Positions 17,247-26,721 of a stretch of DNA of 36,936 nt are shown here, in pieces. Made by a program: the position numbers and the translations under genes. Position 1 is the stretch's first letter. Each line of letters begins with the position of its first letter. The notes under the pieces were generated by a model, which ran no database searches, was not told where the DNA came from, and saw only the letters and a list, made by a program, of their open reading frames with translations. Source of the stretch: a virus (lineage: Duplodnaviria; Caudoviricetes); the IMG/VR virus record IMGVR_UViG_3300006893_000004, positions 1-36,936 of that record. The stretch is one strand, 5' to 3'.

Positions 17247-19042
17247 CGAATCACTTCTTCTGTGGTGCCTAATCCAAGTACACGACCTGCCCACTTACCC
17301 AGTATTTTCGCAAGTTGTTGACGCTTGAAAGCCTCAATTCCTAGTCGATTCGCCGCCTTCATATCTGCGAGAAGTGTGTTGTCCTTCCCAAAAGCTTGTT
17401 CGAGTCGAGGACCGCCGTACTTGGTATTATCTTGCAGTTTCTGGAGTTGCTTCACTGCTGCGTTGATGTTGACATCGCCCGTTGTCGGGTCAATTACATT
17501 TACATTCTTGAAGACCTTAGTTTCCACATCGGTAAGAGCCGACATCCGTTTGAATTGAGCATCGGCTTTGGCTAACTGGTCATCTGGTACGCCTGCGTCC
17601 TTCGCCTGTTTCAGAGCGTCGGCCATCGTATCTTGAATGTTTGCACGCTTCGCTTCCCATGCCGCCTCATCAGTCGGGTTTGTAGACATACGAATCTTGA
17701 AATTGATGTCCTTCAACTGTTTACCCAAACCTTTGATGTCTGTATTACCCGTAGCATCATCAATGGTTTTGTAAAGTGCGTCGGCACTCTTCTCTGCTGC
17801 TTCGATGGGCGTCGTCAATGATTCTCGAAGTTCGGGTATCTTGGTTGGTTCAGTTGATTCAGCCTCTAATTCTGTGTCTTTGCCATAGCCCTTAATAGGT
17901 TCATGATCTTTATCCCAAAGGTCGATATTCTGGTCGCCCTTAGTCCACGTCTCTCCGTGCGGCACGTCACTGTTGTATTCAAATCCCATGTTCTTCAGAG
18001 TATCGTGAGCGTCTGAAAGTTTTCCTTTCTTTTGCCAAATGTCGAGATCGTTAGCCGTAGGTTTTCCTTCGCCAACAGAGCCGCGCAATTCAAAATTATC
18101 GCCCAACGCTTTAACGACAGGTTGCGCTTTTTCTGGAGTCCAAGCAGGTTCCTGCTTCATGGCTTCGTCTACTGCGGCCTTATATTCATTAGGGACATTC
18201 ACAGTAGGGGGTATTGCTGGTTCATTTGGCGCTATATCAGCCGCAGTCCTTAGAGCATTCTGTGCTCCGGGCTGTGCAACTTTCTCGCCTTTCACAATCC
18301 GGTCTGCCCAAGGTGAGAGAGCCTTTTTTGCGACTCCTGCGCCTTCAACAGCAGCACCCACAACAGTACCTAAGCCTGTCGCTGCTGCACCTGATTCGAG
18401 CGCCTGAGTAGGTGTTGCACCATGCGCCAGTTCCTGACCTGTGACTACTGTTCCACCGCGAACAGCGTTCAGACCATGACCAATAATTTTGGCTATGAGT
18501 GGATGACTTTCTGCCAGTTTCGTGACCTTCGCCAGCAGTCCCGCCTTCTCAGCGAGCGATGCACCTTTCAGAAGTTCATCACCGCCGAAGAATTCCGCGA
18601 TGCTCTCTGCCAGCGCACCTGCCTTACCAGCAGTTGTCTGCGTGGCGGCTGCTGCGTTCTGGTTTGTTGAATGTTGCACTGTTTCATATGGATTGACGTT
18701 CGCAGGCAGTTTTGGCAGACCTGCGATGTCTCCAACTTTATTAGCAATGGTCTTCACGAATGGAATGTGACTTCCAATGCTCCCAAGATTCGACAGCGAC
18801 GTTGCTGCTGCGCTGCCAAAGCCTGCTGCAACCTTCTCGCCAGTCGTCCCTCCAGACTGCGGTGGCTTTGTGGGCGTCGTTTGATCCGGAAAGCCCACAG
18901 TTGCACCTTGTGGAATCGGCACGGTGCCTGTACTTGTACCCGTCTGGGTCGCAGTTTGCTGCGATTGTGGTTGCTGTGATTGCGGTGCGCTTTGATCAGG
19001 AAAGCCGATGGTTGCGCCCTGTGGTATTGGAATAGTTGCCAT
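17228..19042 (-). CDS. Putative DNA-ejection/internal virion protein with an inserted Pol-beta-like nucleotidyltransferase domain
   Basis: Ala/Gly-rich, repeated PIPQGAT; LRGSVGEGKPTANDLDI...IDLW. Confidence 0.55.
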   Translation of the reverse strand: MATIPIPQGATIGFPDQSAPQSQQPQSQQTATQTGTSTGTVPIPQGATVGFPDQTTPTKPPQSGGTTGEKVAAGFGSAAATSLSNLGSIGSHIPFVKTIANKVGDIAGLPKLPANVNPYETVQHSTNQNAAAATQTTAGKAGALAESIAEFFGGDELLKGASLAEKAGLLAKVTKLAESHPLIAKIIGHGLNAVRGGTVVTGQELAHGATPTQALESGAAATGLGTVVGAAVEGAGVAKKALSPWADRIVKGEKVAQPGAQNALRTAADIAPNEPAIPPTVNVPNEYKAAVDEAMKQEPAWTPEKAQPVVKALGDNFELRGSVGEGKPTANDLDIWQKKGKLSDAHDTLKNMGFEYNSDVPHGETWTKGDQNIDLWDKDHEPIKGYGKDTELEAESTEPTKIPELRESLTTPIEAAEKSADALYKTIDDATGNTDIKGLGKQLKDINFKIRMSTNPTDEAAWEAKRANIQDTMADALKQAKDAGVPDDQLAKADAQFKRMSALTDVETKVFKNVNVIDPTTGDVNINAAVKQLQKLQDNTKYGGPRLEQAFGKDNTLLADMKAANRLGIEAFKRQQLAKILGKWAGRVLGLGTTEEVIRHALSH

Positions 19043-19061
19043 ATATCTCCTATCGCTTCCC

Positions 19062-21377
19062 TTATCTCAACACTGGAACTGGTGTCATGGTTTTCCCATC
19101 AACCGTAAATCCGAGGATTCTCCCGTTGATAATGACAGCATGACTGCCTGCGGGTTGACCGGGCACTGTGTATCCGTACCGATTGAAGACTGCGGTCGTA
19201 GTCGGGCTGACTGGTATATGCCGTCCCGTGTACTGATAACTGCGGTCGTCGATTTCACCAATACGACCAGACATCAGGCCGATATAACCGCCAATGACGC
19301 TTCTGATCTGCTGCGGAGATTCTGCGACATTCAGGTTGTCGCTGGCTGTCTTCAATTCAGCCTCGTGTGGTGCACCACCTGAAACAGCCTTCTCTACTTC
19401 GGTGTTGACTTTCTGGGCGATTGCCTTGAACAACACAGTATTCGGTTCGCCTGTTTGCACGTTATACGCAGCCTTGACCTTGTTGATGGCCTGAACGTCG
19501 TTGTTTTCCAGAGCCTTTGCAACTTGCTCAAGCATGTCTAGGTGCTGTGCAGCGGTGCCCGCCGAAAGCAAACTTCCGCCTGCCGTACCGACACGGGTAT
19601 CTCGAAGCTCTTTTTGCAAGTTGGCGTTGGCCTTGAAGTCCCCTTCTTGAAACTGTGGATTGATAAACGTGCGAATAAATGACACTGCCTGCGGTCGGGC
19701 CATAAGTCCCGATTTCGGACGAGGATTATTCGTATACACGTCATCACTTACATCGTTGTGGGCTACACCGTATAGTGTTTGGAAGTCGCTAGGAACAGTC
19801 ACACCTTTGCTCGCCAAATCCTTTGACAATGCGCCCGCATCCATGGATGCAGCCTGTGGATTAGCGGTGAAATTCGGCGGTACAACGATGCCCTGCTGTG
19901 ATGCCTTGATCTGCTCCGCAGCCTGCCTCAGAGCCTGATTCTCAAGTTGCTTGTGCTCTAAATCGGCTTGGCCTTCTGGCGTCTTGCGTTTCGCATCAGC
20001 CAGTTCTTTCGCCTTCTTCTCTGCTTCGTCAGTCTTCTGGGCGAGAATGTCATCCGCACGCTTCAAATTCCATGCATTCCTATCAATCCCACCGAACAGT
20101 TCACCAAACTTTCCAACCAGTGCCGCGTCTACGCCATCTTTGTCCATTTGGGCCATGGCTTGGTCAGGTTCCATTCCTGCGTATCTGCCCAGTTGCGGAA
20201 TCAGTTTCCGCAGATATGGATTAGTTGCTACCGCTTGCTTCACATCAATCTTCTGGGCGGGTTTGCCAGTGAAATCTGCGACCTGATTAGACCACTGATT
20301 CATGAAGCCTTGTGCATTCTGCATGTCCATCTTTTCGCGATTGCCTTTCGCTAATACTGCCATCGGGACTGCGGTGCCAGCAGCGACGTATTGTAGATTC
20401 GGATTATTTTTCTTCATCTCATCCGTCATGGCGACACTCGCGTTGTGGTCATAAACTGTATAGGTAAATTCCGTTCTGGGAGTACCATCTGGATTGAAGA
20501 TTTGCTTGCCGTTCTCGTCATAAACATTCGACACACCATCACGCAACACAGAATCTCGCGTGACGTGGGCCGATCCATCTGCCATCATCTTCTGCAACGC
20601 CTCTTCCGACACGTGCTCGCCTTTAATCGCAGACAAGACATTACCTTTGTCGTCTGTGGCGGTTGGATTGAGTTTCATTGCTTCGATGAGTGGAGCATCG
20701 TCCTGCACACCCTGATTCATCACTTCGCCTTGTAACTTCAAATTTCCCAACACCGCCGCGTGCATCTTGAGATTGTGATCCGTCGCACTATAATTTCTGG
20801 CTGTTGCTGCGTTCGCTTTCTCTTGTGCGGCTGCTTGACTACCTGCCTGTGTAAATGGCTGACTTGCGGCTGCACCAGCAGCGGCGGAAGGACCGAAGTC
20901 CTGAACACTGCGACCACCACCTGTCTCTGTCCGAGAAGTAGGTGCCGCGTATCCCGCTACCATGGCAGACAGTGCGCCTGCCAAAATCGACGCACCAAGT
21001 GCCTTCTTCGAGGCAGGAGCCATTACAACATTGCCATTGGCATCAGTTTGTGGCTGTCCGTTCGGACCTATGACCGGGCGATTGCTGCCGCCTGCGAGCG
21101 TTCCGAGAATCTTCGTAAAGATACTCGTATGCAGTTGCTGGGGCGTAGGGGGTGCTTGTGCCGCTGGACGCACTGCGGGCGTATTCGCATTTGGTCCCGC
21201 TGCGGTTGGTCCCGCTGGCTGGACTGCTGGTGCGGGCGTGACGCCCAACGACGCGGGCGTACCTGCTGGGATAGGATTCGGAATATTATTGTCCGACACG
21301 GTACTCGCCGTAGTCTGCAACGAGTTCTGTGCGGCGATATCACCGTTGGATGGTGTGTCATTGGTTGGTTCGGGCAT
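19062..21377 (-). CDS. Putative DNA-ejection (transfer) protein, 771 aa
   Basis: AAGGAG RBS at MPEPT; Ala/Gln-rich helical; C-terminal TAAQHLDML...AIN...QTG pattern resembling podophage ejection proteins. Confidence 0.55.
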   Translation of the reverse strand: MPEPTNDTPSNGDIAAQNSLQTTASTVSDNNIPNPIPAGTPASLGVTPAPAVQPAGPTAAGPNANTPAVRPAAQAPPTPQQLHTSIFTKILGTLAGGSNRPVIGPNGQPQTDANGNVVMAPASKKALGASILAGALSAMVAGYAAPTSRTETGGGRSVQDFGPSAAAGAAASQPFTQAGSQAAAQEKANAATARNYSATDHNLKMHAAVLGNLKLQGEVMNQGVQDDAPLIEAMKLNPTATDDKGNVLSAIKGEHVSEEALQKMMADGSAHVTRDSVLRDGVSNVYDENGKQIFNPDGTPRTEFTYTVYDHNASVAMTDEMKKNNPNLQYVAAGTAVPMAVLAKGNREKMDMQNAQGFMNQWSNQVADFTGKPAQKIDVKQAVATNPYLRKLIPQLGRYAGMEPDQAMAQMDKDGVDAALVGKFGELFGGIDRNAWNLKRADDILAQKTDEAEKKAKELADAKRKTPEGQADLEHKQLENQALRQAAEQIKASQQGIVVPPNFTANPQAASMDAGALSKDLASKGVTVPSDFQTLYGVAHNDVSDDVYTNNPRPKSGLMARPQAVSFIRTFINPQFQEGDFKANANLQKELRDTRVGTAGGSLLSAGTAAQHLDMLEQVAKALENNDVQAINKVKAAYNVQTGEPNTVLFKAIAQKVNTEVEKAVSGGAPHEAELKTASDNLNVAESPQQIRSVIGGYIGLMSGRIGEIDDRSYQYTGRHIPVSPTTTAVFNRYGYTVPGQPAGSHAVIINGRILGFTVDGKTMTPVPVLR

Positions 21378-21623
21378 ATTGCTCCTTACTCGCAAGCGAG
21401 TGTTCGTGAATCTGTAATTCTGATCTAAGATTGTTGCTGTCCGGGCGTCGATGGTTAACGGCCATCGCGGATAGTCCGGACAGGCTGGTGCGAGACGCGC
21501 AAACACACCTTTTAGGCGAGTATTCGTCTCGGCTTTTCAGAGGTCACCGCCATACTAGACATTGCTGTCCGTGGCTCTCTCCGAAAGTGTGCCACTACTG
21601 CTGTGGTTAATGATGTGCCACGA

Positions 21624-22205
21624 CTAGGAAATCACGTAGTCTATGGTCTTGCTACTCTTGTAGTTATTACAACCCTCAAAACCGTGGCACAACGGTTGGA
21701 GATTTGTGATGTGATTCATCCCACCATTCTTAATTGAGATGATGTGGTCGGGGACTAATTTAAGACCGAGTGTTTTCAACTCATCCTCAGTTCTCCAACA
21801 GCTTACACATCGGAATCCGTACTGTCGTTTAAGTGTCATCCACTCTGCGACAGTCCACGAGCCGCCATTGCCCTTCTTGCGGGCACGCCTGCGATGGGTT
21901 GCCGCTATACCATATTCAGGATGCAATTTTTGATATCGACGATTTTGTCGTCTGTTGCTGCGATGATGTTCTTCTGGATGTGTTCTCTTCCAAACTTTCA
22001 CGGACTCCCGTCTTTGTTGTCGTGCCTTGACAGGGTTCTTCTTACGCCAACGTCGGCTGTGTTCTGTGCTGTAACCTACAGGCTGTGGATGAGTCTTCTG
22101 ATATTCCTTCTGCTCCGCCAAGATGTTCGCACGATTCTTCTCGTAATACCGACGAGCATCGAGTTTCACCTTGAGTTTCTTGGTCATCAAATTTATGTGA
22201 ATCAT
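21624..22205 (-). CDS. HNH endonuclease
   Basis: CVSC...PDHIISIKNGG.NHITNLQPLCH...CNNYK. Confidence 0.9.
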   Translation of the reverse strand: MIHINLMTKKLKVKLDARRYYEKNRANILAEQKEYQKTHPQPVGYSTEHSRRWRKKNPVKARQQRRESVKVWKRTHPEEHHRSNRRQNRRYQKLHPEYGIAATHRRRARKKGNGGSWTVAEWMTLKRQYGFRCVSCWRTEDELKTLGLKLVPDHIISIKNGGMNHITNLQPLCHGFEGCNNYKSSKTIDYVIS

Positions 22206-22435
22206 AACTCTCCCTAAAAGAGTCAGGCGGTGTTTAGGGCACCGCCCTGTCCAGCCCACCATCGCGCCAGGGGACGTATGAAGTTTCCTGCGATAGCAAT
22301 GGTAGGACTTCGGTCGTTCGTGCAGAGCCTAACTTTTAGTAAGGAACACGAACTGTCGTGGGTTGCCGCAATGCAGACGAAGTTATGAATGCTTCTTGCG
22401 AAGCAAGGTTTCCTTCGTGTCGCTATCCACGCATT

Positions 22436-22762
22436 TCAATGGCTTGAGTTGCTTGCTCGTGCGGCGGTTGTTCGTTCCGCGTAGTTTGTGAACCTGCCGT
22501 ATAACTGGCTCGATTCAGGACTGTGTATGCTCTCACTCGCTCGGTCAGCTTGGTCCGCCGTCATCCTACTTGCTGTGATCCCTGTTGCGGTCGCCCAAGA
22601 TTGCAGGGCTTGACCACGTGCCGTGCCCGATGAGCCGTTGTGGTATCGGTCAAAAGATTCCTGTGCAGTTGCCTGCGTAATCCCCCTATGAAATCCCCCA
22701 TTACATGTACCCTTCCCATGACTCCTGTCGATGGGCTTCCTGCTACTCGTCTTAACTTTCAA
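22436..22762 (-). CDS. Hypothetical protein
   Basis: Operon position; TTG start. Confidence 0.5.
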   Translation of the reverse strand: MKVKTSSRKPIDRSHGKGTCNGGFHRGITQATAQESFDRYHNGSSGTARGQALQSWATATGITASRMTADQADRASESIHSPESSQLYGRFTNYAERTTAARASNSSH

Positions 22763-22771
22763 ATGCCTTCT

Positions 22772-23176
22772 CTATTCTGTTGTTCCAAACCGTTGCTTCG
22801 CTTCGGGCGAATTGAAATAATCAACGGACTGTCGCACTGTCGCCTGTGTGAATCCGAGCAGGTTGGCCCACTCAGCCATATCGTGGTTGACCGGGATTCC
22901 CGCTGCGCGATGGAGCACAATCTGTTGGTATAACTCTTTCGCTCTGGCTTCGGTCACTCTACGGGTTTCTTCTGCCAGTCTGTGCTTCGATGGTGGAACG
23001 CCCGACTCGCCGGGATTGAAGCGTGAACTGCTGCGGGATGCCTGCACGGTGTTGGCCTGCCGAGCGGCTTCACGCTCTGCTTTCAAACCTTCTAGCCGAC
23101 AGTGCTCATTGAATTGACGCCTTGAAGTGAATCCGGCATCAAAGATGGTCTGATCGCTCACAAAATCGTTCGCCAT
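22772..23176 (-). CDS. Hypothetical protein
   Basis: GAGGAG RBS. Confidence 0.75.
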   Translation of the reverse strand: MANDFVSDQTIFDAGFTSRRQFNEHCRLEGLKAEREAARQANTVQASRSSSRFNPGESGVPPSKHRLAEETRRVTEARAKELYQQIVLHRAAGIPVNHDMAEWANLLGFTQATVRQSVDYFNSPEAKQRFGTTE

Positions 23177-23379
23177 GTTCTCCTCGTGTACTCGTATAAT
23201 TTCTGAGGGTGCCTCGCCCGAAAGTAGGCAATCCCTCCTCCAACAGAGGCCGCGAGTACGGCGGTCGGGCGTGGAACTTGCGAAATCCTCAGTCTGAATC
23301 GTTTTCGGGCTGCGGTATGGCTCCTAGGTCACCCCAGAGGCTATCGAACGATCCTGCATGAGCCAAAACGACAGTCTGC

Positions 23380-23814
23380 CTATGCCAGCGAAGGCATGTA
23401 AACTATCTGGTCGGGAAGAACGGCGGCGTAATGGTCTTGCTTTCCCGCATCACTGGCTTTCTTAGGAAACGTTATCTTTCCCGTGGAACTGTAGGAGTGG
23501 GCCGTTCGAACTTCAATCCGCAACATCTCCCCATCTTTCAGCGTAATCAGGTCACATGGTGCGGAAGGGCTGACCGACCTGAACACTTCATACCCCTTGT
23601 CGAGAAGGTCTGTTGCCACCCGCAACTCGCCGATTGCACCCTTCGTTCCACAACAAAGACCTGAATATGAAGCAGGTCTTGGCGCTCTGTATTTAGGTCT
23701 GCGGTCGGCTCTAATCTGATTTTCGTAAATCTGTTTGCATTTCTCGCTACACCACAATCGATTAGGGCGAATCGTAGCGGGTAACTCTATCCCACACTCT
23801 CTACATAATCGCAT
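23380..23814 (-). CDS. PD-(D/E)XK nuclease with N-terminal zinc finger
   Basis: CREC...WCSEKC; GAIGELRV..DL..KGY; PCDLI; IEVRT. Confidence 0.8.
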   Translation of the reverse strand: MRLCRECGIELPATIRPNRLWCSEKCKQIYENQIRADRRPKYRAPRPASYSGLCCGTKGAIGELRVATDLLDKGYEVFRSVSPSAPCDLITLKDGEMLRIEVRTAHSYSSTGKITFPKKASDAGKQDHYAAVLPDQIVYMPSLA

Positions 23815-23851
23815 GTTCCTCCGTTCCTAGATTTGACTCCGACCTTCACTT

Positions 23852-24088
23852 TTACGCCGTCAGTCGCTTCGCTTTGGCCTGTTTCAGCCGTTCGCCAGCC
23901 GCCGCACGTCTTTCAGGCGTCCATTCAGCCGTCGGCTTGGTCCGCTTCAACTCAATCCGCCGCTGGACTAATCCCCAATGAGTGAGTGCGAGTTCCGCAT
24001 CGTTACACGCCCACGGTCGCCACTCTTGGTCGGGGTGCTGCCGTTCGAGAGCGTCAATCTGCTTCTGGACTTCTTCGAGGGCGGTCAT
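23852..24088 (-). CDS. Hypothetical protein
   Basis: ATGA coupling. Confidence 0.65.
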   Translation of the reverse strand: MTALEEVQKQIDALERQHPDQEWRPWACNDAELALTHWGLVQRRIELKRTKPTAEWTPERRAAAGERLKQAKAKRLTA

Positions 24089-25005
24089 GGTTGCCTGATC
24101 CCAGAATGCGGGTTGGACGCGTAACTGCGGTTCCGTCCTGTCTGGGCTGCGACTTCGTCAGCAGTCATGTTTTCGATGGCTCGATAGTTCCCTACAAGGG
24201 CCTTTTCTTCGGGTGTAAGGAACGAATCATTTCCTGTGAACTCACAAAAACAAAGTCTTGTTCCCGTGCGGTCGGAACCAAATCTCCGTCGGGCGACAGG
24301 TGACGCAGCATACGCTTTGAACTGGAGTGCGACACTGCTCGAAATCAGCAGACCACTCTGATCCGAAATTTCTTGCAGAATTGCCCTGCTCGAATCATCT
24401 GACAACAGTTCCGCCTTGACGGACTCAGCGTGTATACGTCGTTCGAGATTTTCTCTCGCACGGCTATTACCGACTGGCAGAGCGTCTAGTTCGGATTGCA
24501 GGCTCGCAATAAGTTTGTCCTGTTCGGGAAACTTACTGGTCGATACAGCTACTTCCACAACTGGTTCAACAGTTGCTACTGGTTCAAGGGCCGCGTAAGC
24601 CGCATCAATATAATCGAAAGCCGCTCTCCAATTCTCGATACGCGTACAATCAATCCTATCCGCGTTCGCTCTTAGGAACGCAACGACCAGTTCACCCTCT
24701 GTCTCGTTTACTTCGGTCTTGAAAATTTCGTAAACCGCGCTGACTGCCTCTGGCACGCCTTCTGTCAATGTGCAGGGTTCCGTACGAAAGTCAGATGGTT
24801 GGGTCGTAAGCCTTTGTTTCAACTCGTTCTGTTTTGTTTGTAAATCCAAACGTGCTTGTTCTGCGATCAGCGCACCGTGCGACTTCCTCAACTTCTCGGT
24901 CGCTTCGTTTATCGGCTTAGCGATTCGTGCTGCTTCCTCTGCTCGAAATTCTCTGCCCGCCTTGGTCTCTCCATCCCCACTTGAAAACCTACTTGTTAAA
25001 CTCAT
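24085..25005 (-). CDS. Helical hypothetical protein, possibly scaffold-like
   Basis: GGAGGAG RBS; coiled coil; function is inference. Confidence 0.7.
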   Translation of the reverse strand: MSLTSRFSSGDGETKAGREFRAEEAARIAKPINEATEKLRKSHGALIAEQARLDLQTKQNELKQRLTTQPSDFRTEPCTLTEGVPEAVSAVYEIFKTEVNETEGELVVAFLRANADRIDCTRIENWRAAFDYIDAAYAALEPVATVEPVVEVAVSTSKFPEQDKLIASLQSELDALPVGNSRARENLERRIHAESVKAELLSDDSSRAILQEISDQSGLLISSSVALQFKAYAASPVARRRFGSDRTGTRLCFCEFTGNDSFLTPEEKALVGNYRAIENMTADEVAAQTGRNRSYASNPHSGIRQP

Positions 25006-25031
25006 GACTCCTCCTAATTTCGTTCCTGCTA

Positions 25032-25352
25032 TTATTTCCGCGTAGTTCTCTGCGGTTCCATTGGCTTAGAAAAACTACTCCAAACGCCGCCGTTCTTTCT
25101 GGCGTATCCTATCTTGCTCCCGATGAAGCCATTGGACTTTTGCAAACTCGCGTAGCATACGGTGGTGTCGTCGGATGCTGCTTCCTGCACGATCTGCTCG
25201 AAATCAAATTGCTTGCATTTCACCGTATATGTCTCAGATTTGTTGTCGGCGGATAATTCCACTCGGATTAAAGGAAGGCCGAGGTAGTGCGAGAGCACGG
25301 CAACATCCCTTGATTTTGTAATCTGCTCGTCTCTTGAAAAGGCCGTTGCCAC
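25032..25352 (-). CDS. Hypothetical protein
   Basis: GGAGG RBS, GTG start. Confidence 0.65.
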   Translation of the reverse strand: MATAFSRDEQITKSRDVAVLSHYLGLPLIRVELSADNKSETYTVKCKQFDFEQIVQEAASDDTTVCYASLQKSNGFIGSKIGYARKNGGVWSSFSKPMEPQRTTRK

Positions 25353-25820
25353 CTATTTTTCCTCCAAACGTTTTGGCCCATCTGTCGTGGCTTGAGCGGC
25401 ATCGAGAAGTGTTTGTTCGGATGGTTCAAGCCCGAAACCCGTGTCGCTTATTGTTTGAATGTCCGCCGCAGCATTCATCGCCTGCGCGTACAATGTTTTG
25501 TATGCATGTAGTGTTTCTTGGTAGAACGTTGCAAACACCCGACTCCATTGCGGGATGAAGGTGTCAAAATCAGTCGCATCAATATTCAGATTGATACTCA
25601 GTTCTTCGAGGTTCGTGACCGCGTAAGTGTACAGTCCATCGAATTCATCCATCGACATCCCGGAAATCAAGATCGCCTCTCGAAGATTCTCTTTGAGTAA
25701 TGTTGCCCATCGAGAATAGTAGGTCTCGACAGTATCGTGGAGACTTATCCAAGGGTCGCTGATGGTTTCGGGCACGGCACAAAATTCGCACAGACTTGGA
25801 ACGATATACGTTTCACTCAT
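25353..25820 (-). CDS. Acidic hypothetical protein
   Basis: GGGAG RBS. Confidence 0.7.
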   Translation of the reverse strand: MSETYIVPSLCEFCAVPETISDPWISLHDTVETYYSRWATLLKENLREAILISGMSMDEFDGLYTYAVTNLEELSINLNIDATDFDTFIPQWSRVFATFYQETLHAYKTLYAQAMNAAADIQTISDTGFGLEPSEQTLLDAAQATTDGPKRLEEK

Positions 25821-25978
25821 GATTTAATTTCTCCCTGCTGCTCAATCTGGGCTAGTTTTACTTTTGCTTTTGGTACATCGCCGGGACGCTTCCCCGTGAT
25901 AATGTCGAGCAAATAACGTTTGTGGTCTGCACGAAGTTTCTGGATGATTTCTCTGTCCTGAGCATTCCCCTGAGACAT
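25817..25978 (-). CDS. Small protein (MSQGNAQDRE..., 53 aa), absent from the ORF track
   Basis: GGAGGAG RBS and ATGA coupling to 25820. Confidence 0.65.
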   Translation of the reverse strand: MSQGNAQDREIIQKLRADHKRYLLDIITGKRPGDVPKAKVKLAQIEQQGEIKS

Positions 25979-25996
25979 ACTCCTCCATATTCGGTC

Positions 25997-26344
25997 CTAC
26001 GCTCCCAACTCATCATCGAAGACTCTATCTTTGACTTGCCACGTAATAGGGTCCCAGATAATCCTTTTTGCGCGTAAGCACTCCCTCTCAGAAGTAAACG
26101 AACGGAGGGCAACAGGGTCTTTTTCGTACTGGTGGCGAAAGTCCGTGAACATCTTAGCCCTGCGGATAGGGTCTATATTTGAGCGAGCGTAATCTGCCCA
26201 CATCTCCGCGTCAGGGTTAAAACCTTCCGTCCCATCAGACTGTACGGGTGCTGGAATCTTATCGAGCAACGCCTGCGCGGTTGCCTGTTGCTGTTCATCC
26301 GACATCGGGTTATCTACGACTGCCTGAAGTTCCTGTCTGGTCAC
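25997..26344 (-). CDS. Hypothetical protein
   Basis: GGAGG RBS, GTGA coupling. Confidence 0.7.
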   Translation of the reverse strand: MTRQELQAVVDNPMSDEQQQATAQALLDKIPAPVQSDGTEGFNPDAEMWADYARSNIDPIRRAKMFTDFRHQYEKDPVALRSFTSERECLRAKRIIWDPITWQVKDRVFDDELGA

Positions 26345-26721
26345 TTACCCTCCATTTCCACCTTTGCCCGTTTGAGTGTTTCATCAATCTTCCTGCGTTC
26401 AGCAGCTATCGCCAGTTTCGACTTCCTGTCGGCGGCTTCTACCTTCGTCTTTCTGATCTTCAACTGCTCACGTTTGGTCAGGTTCTTCTGCTTGCGGTCT
26501 TCGACTTTCACACAACGACTCCAACATTGCAGAATCATTTCAATCGCCTGAAGTTTCTGGGCTGTTGTGCCGTCGCCTATCGCAATCCGCTTCAACTCTT
26601 CTGCGATCTCGGGAAGCATTGGAAGTAGAGCCTGAGATACGCGGACAAACTTCTTATCCTCCGTATTTTTGATCGCTTGCTGGAGATAGAAGCCCAGCCG
26701 AGATAAAATGTCCTGTTTCAT
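26341..26721 (-). CDS. Hypothetical protein, weak small-terminase-like pattern
   Basis: EELKRIAIG...KLQAIEMI resembles TerS oligomerisation helices. Confidence 0.55.
   Translation of the reverse strand: MKQDILSRLGFYLQQAIKNTEDKKFVRVSQALLPMLPEIAEELKRIAIGDGTTAQKLQAIEMILQCWSRCVKVEDRKQKNLTKREQLKIRKTKVEAADRKSKLAIAAERRKIDETLKRAKVEMEGK

Noticed and set aside
17325-21428. Many + strand ORFs opposite the two large genes
   Set aside because: Antisense shadows of the real minus-strand genes
21378-22435. Canonical group I or II intron
   Set aside because: No P7 or domain V motif recognised and no interrupted host gene evident
24085-25005. Major capsid protein
   Set aside because: Size is compatible, but the sequence looks helical/coiled-coil with no HK97-like pattern I can recognise; needs a structure search to exclude fully
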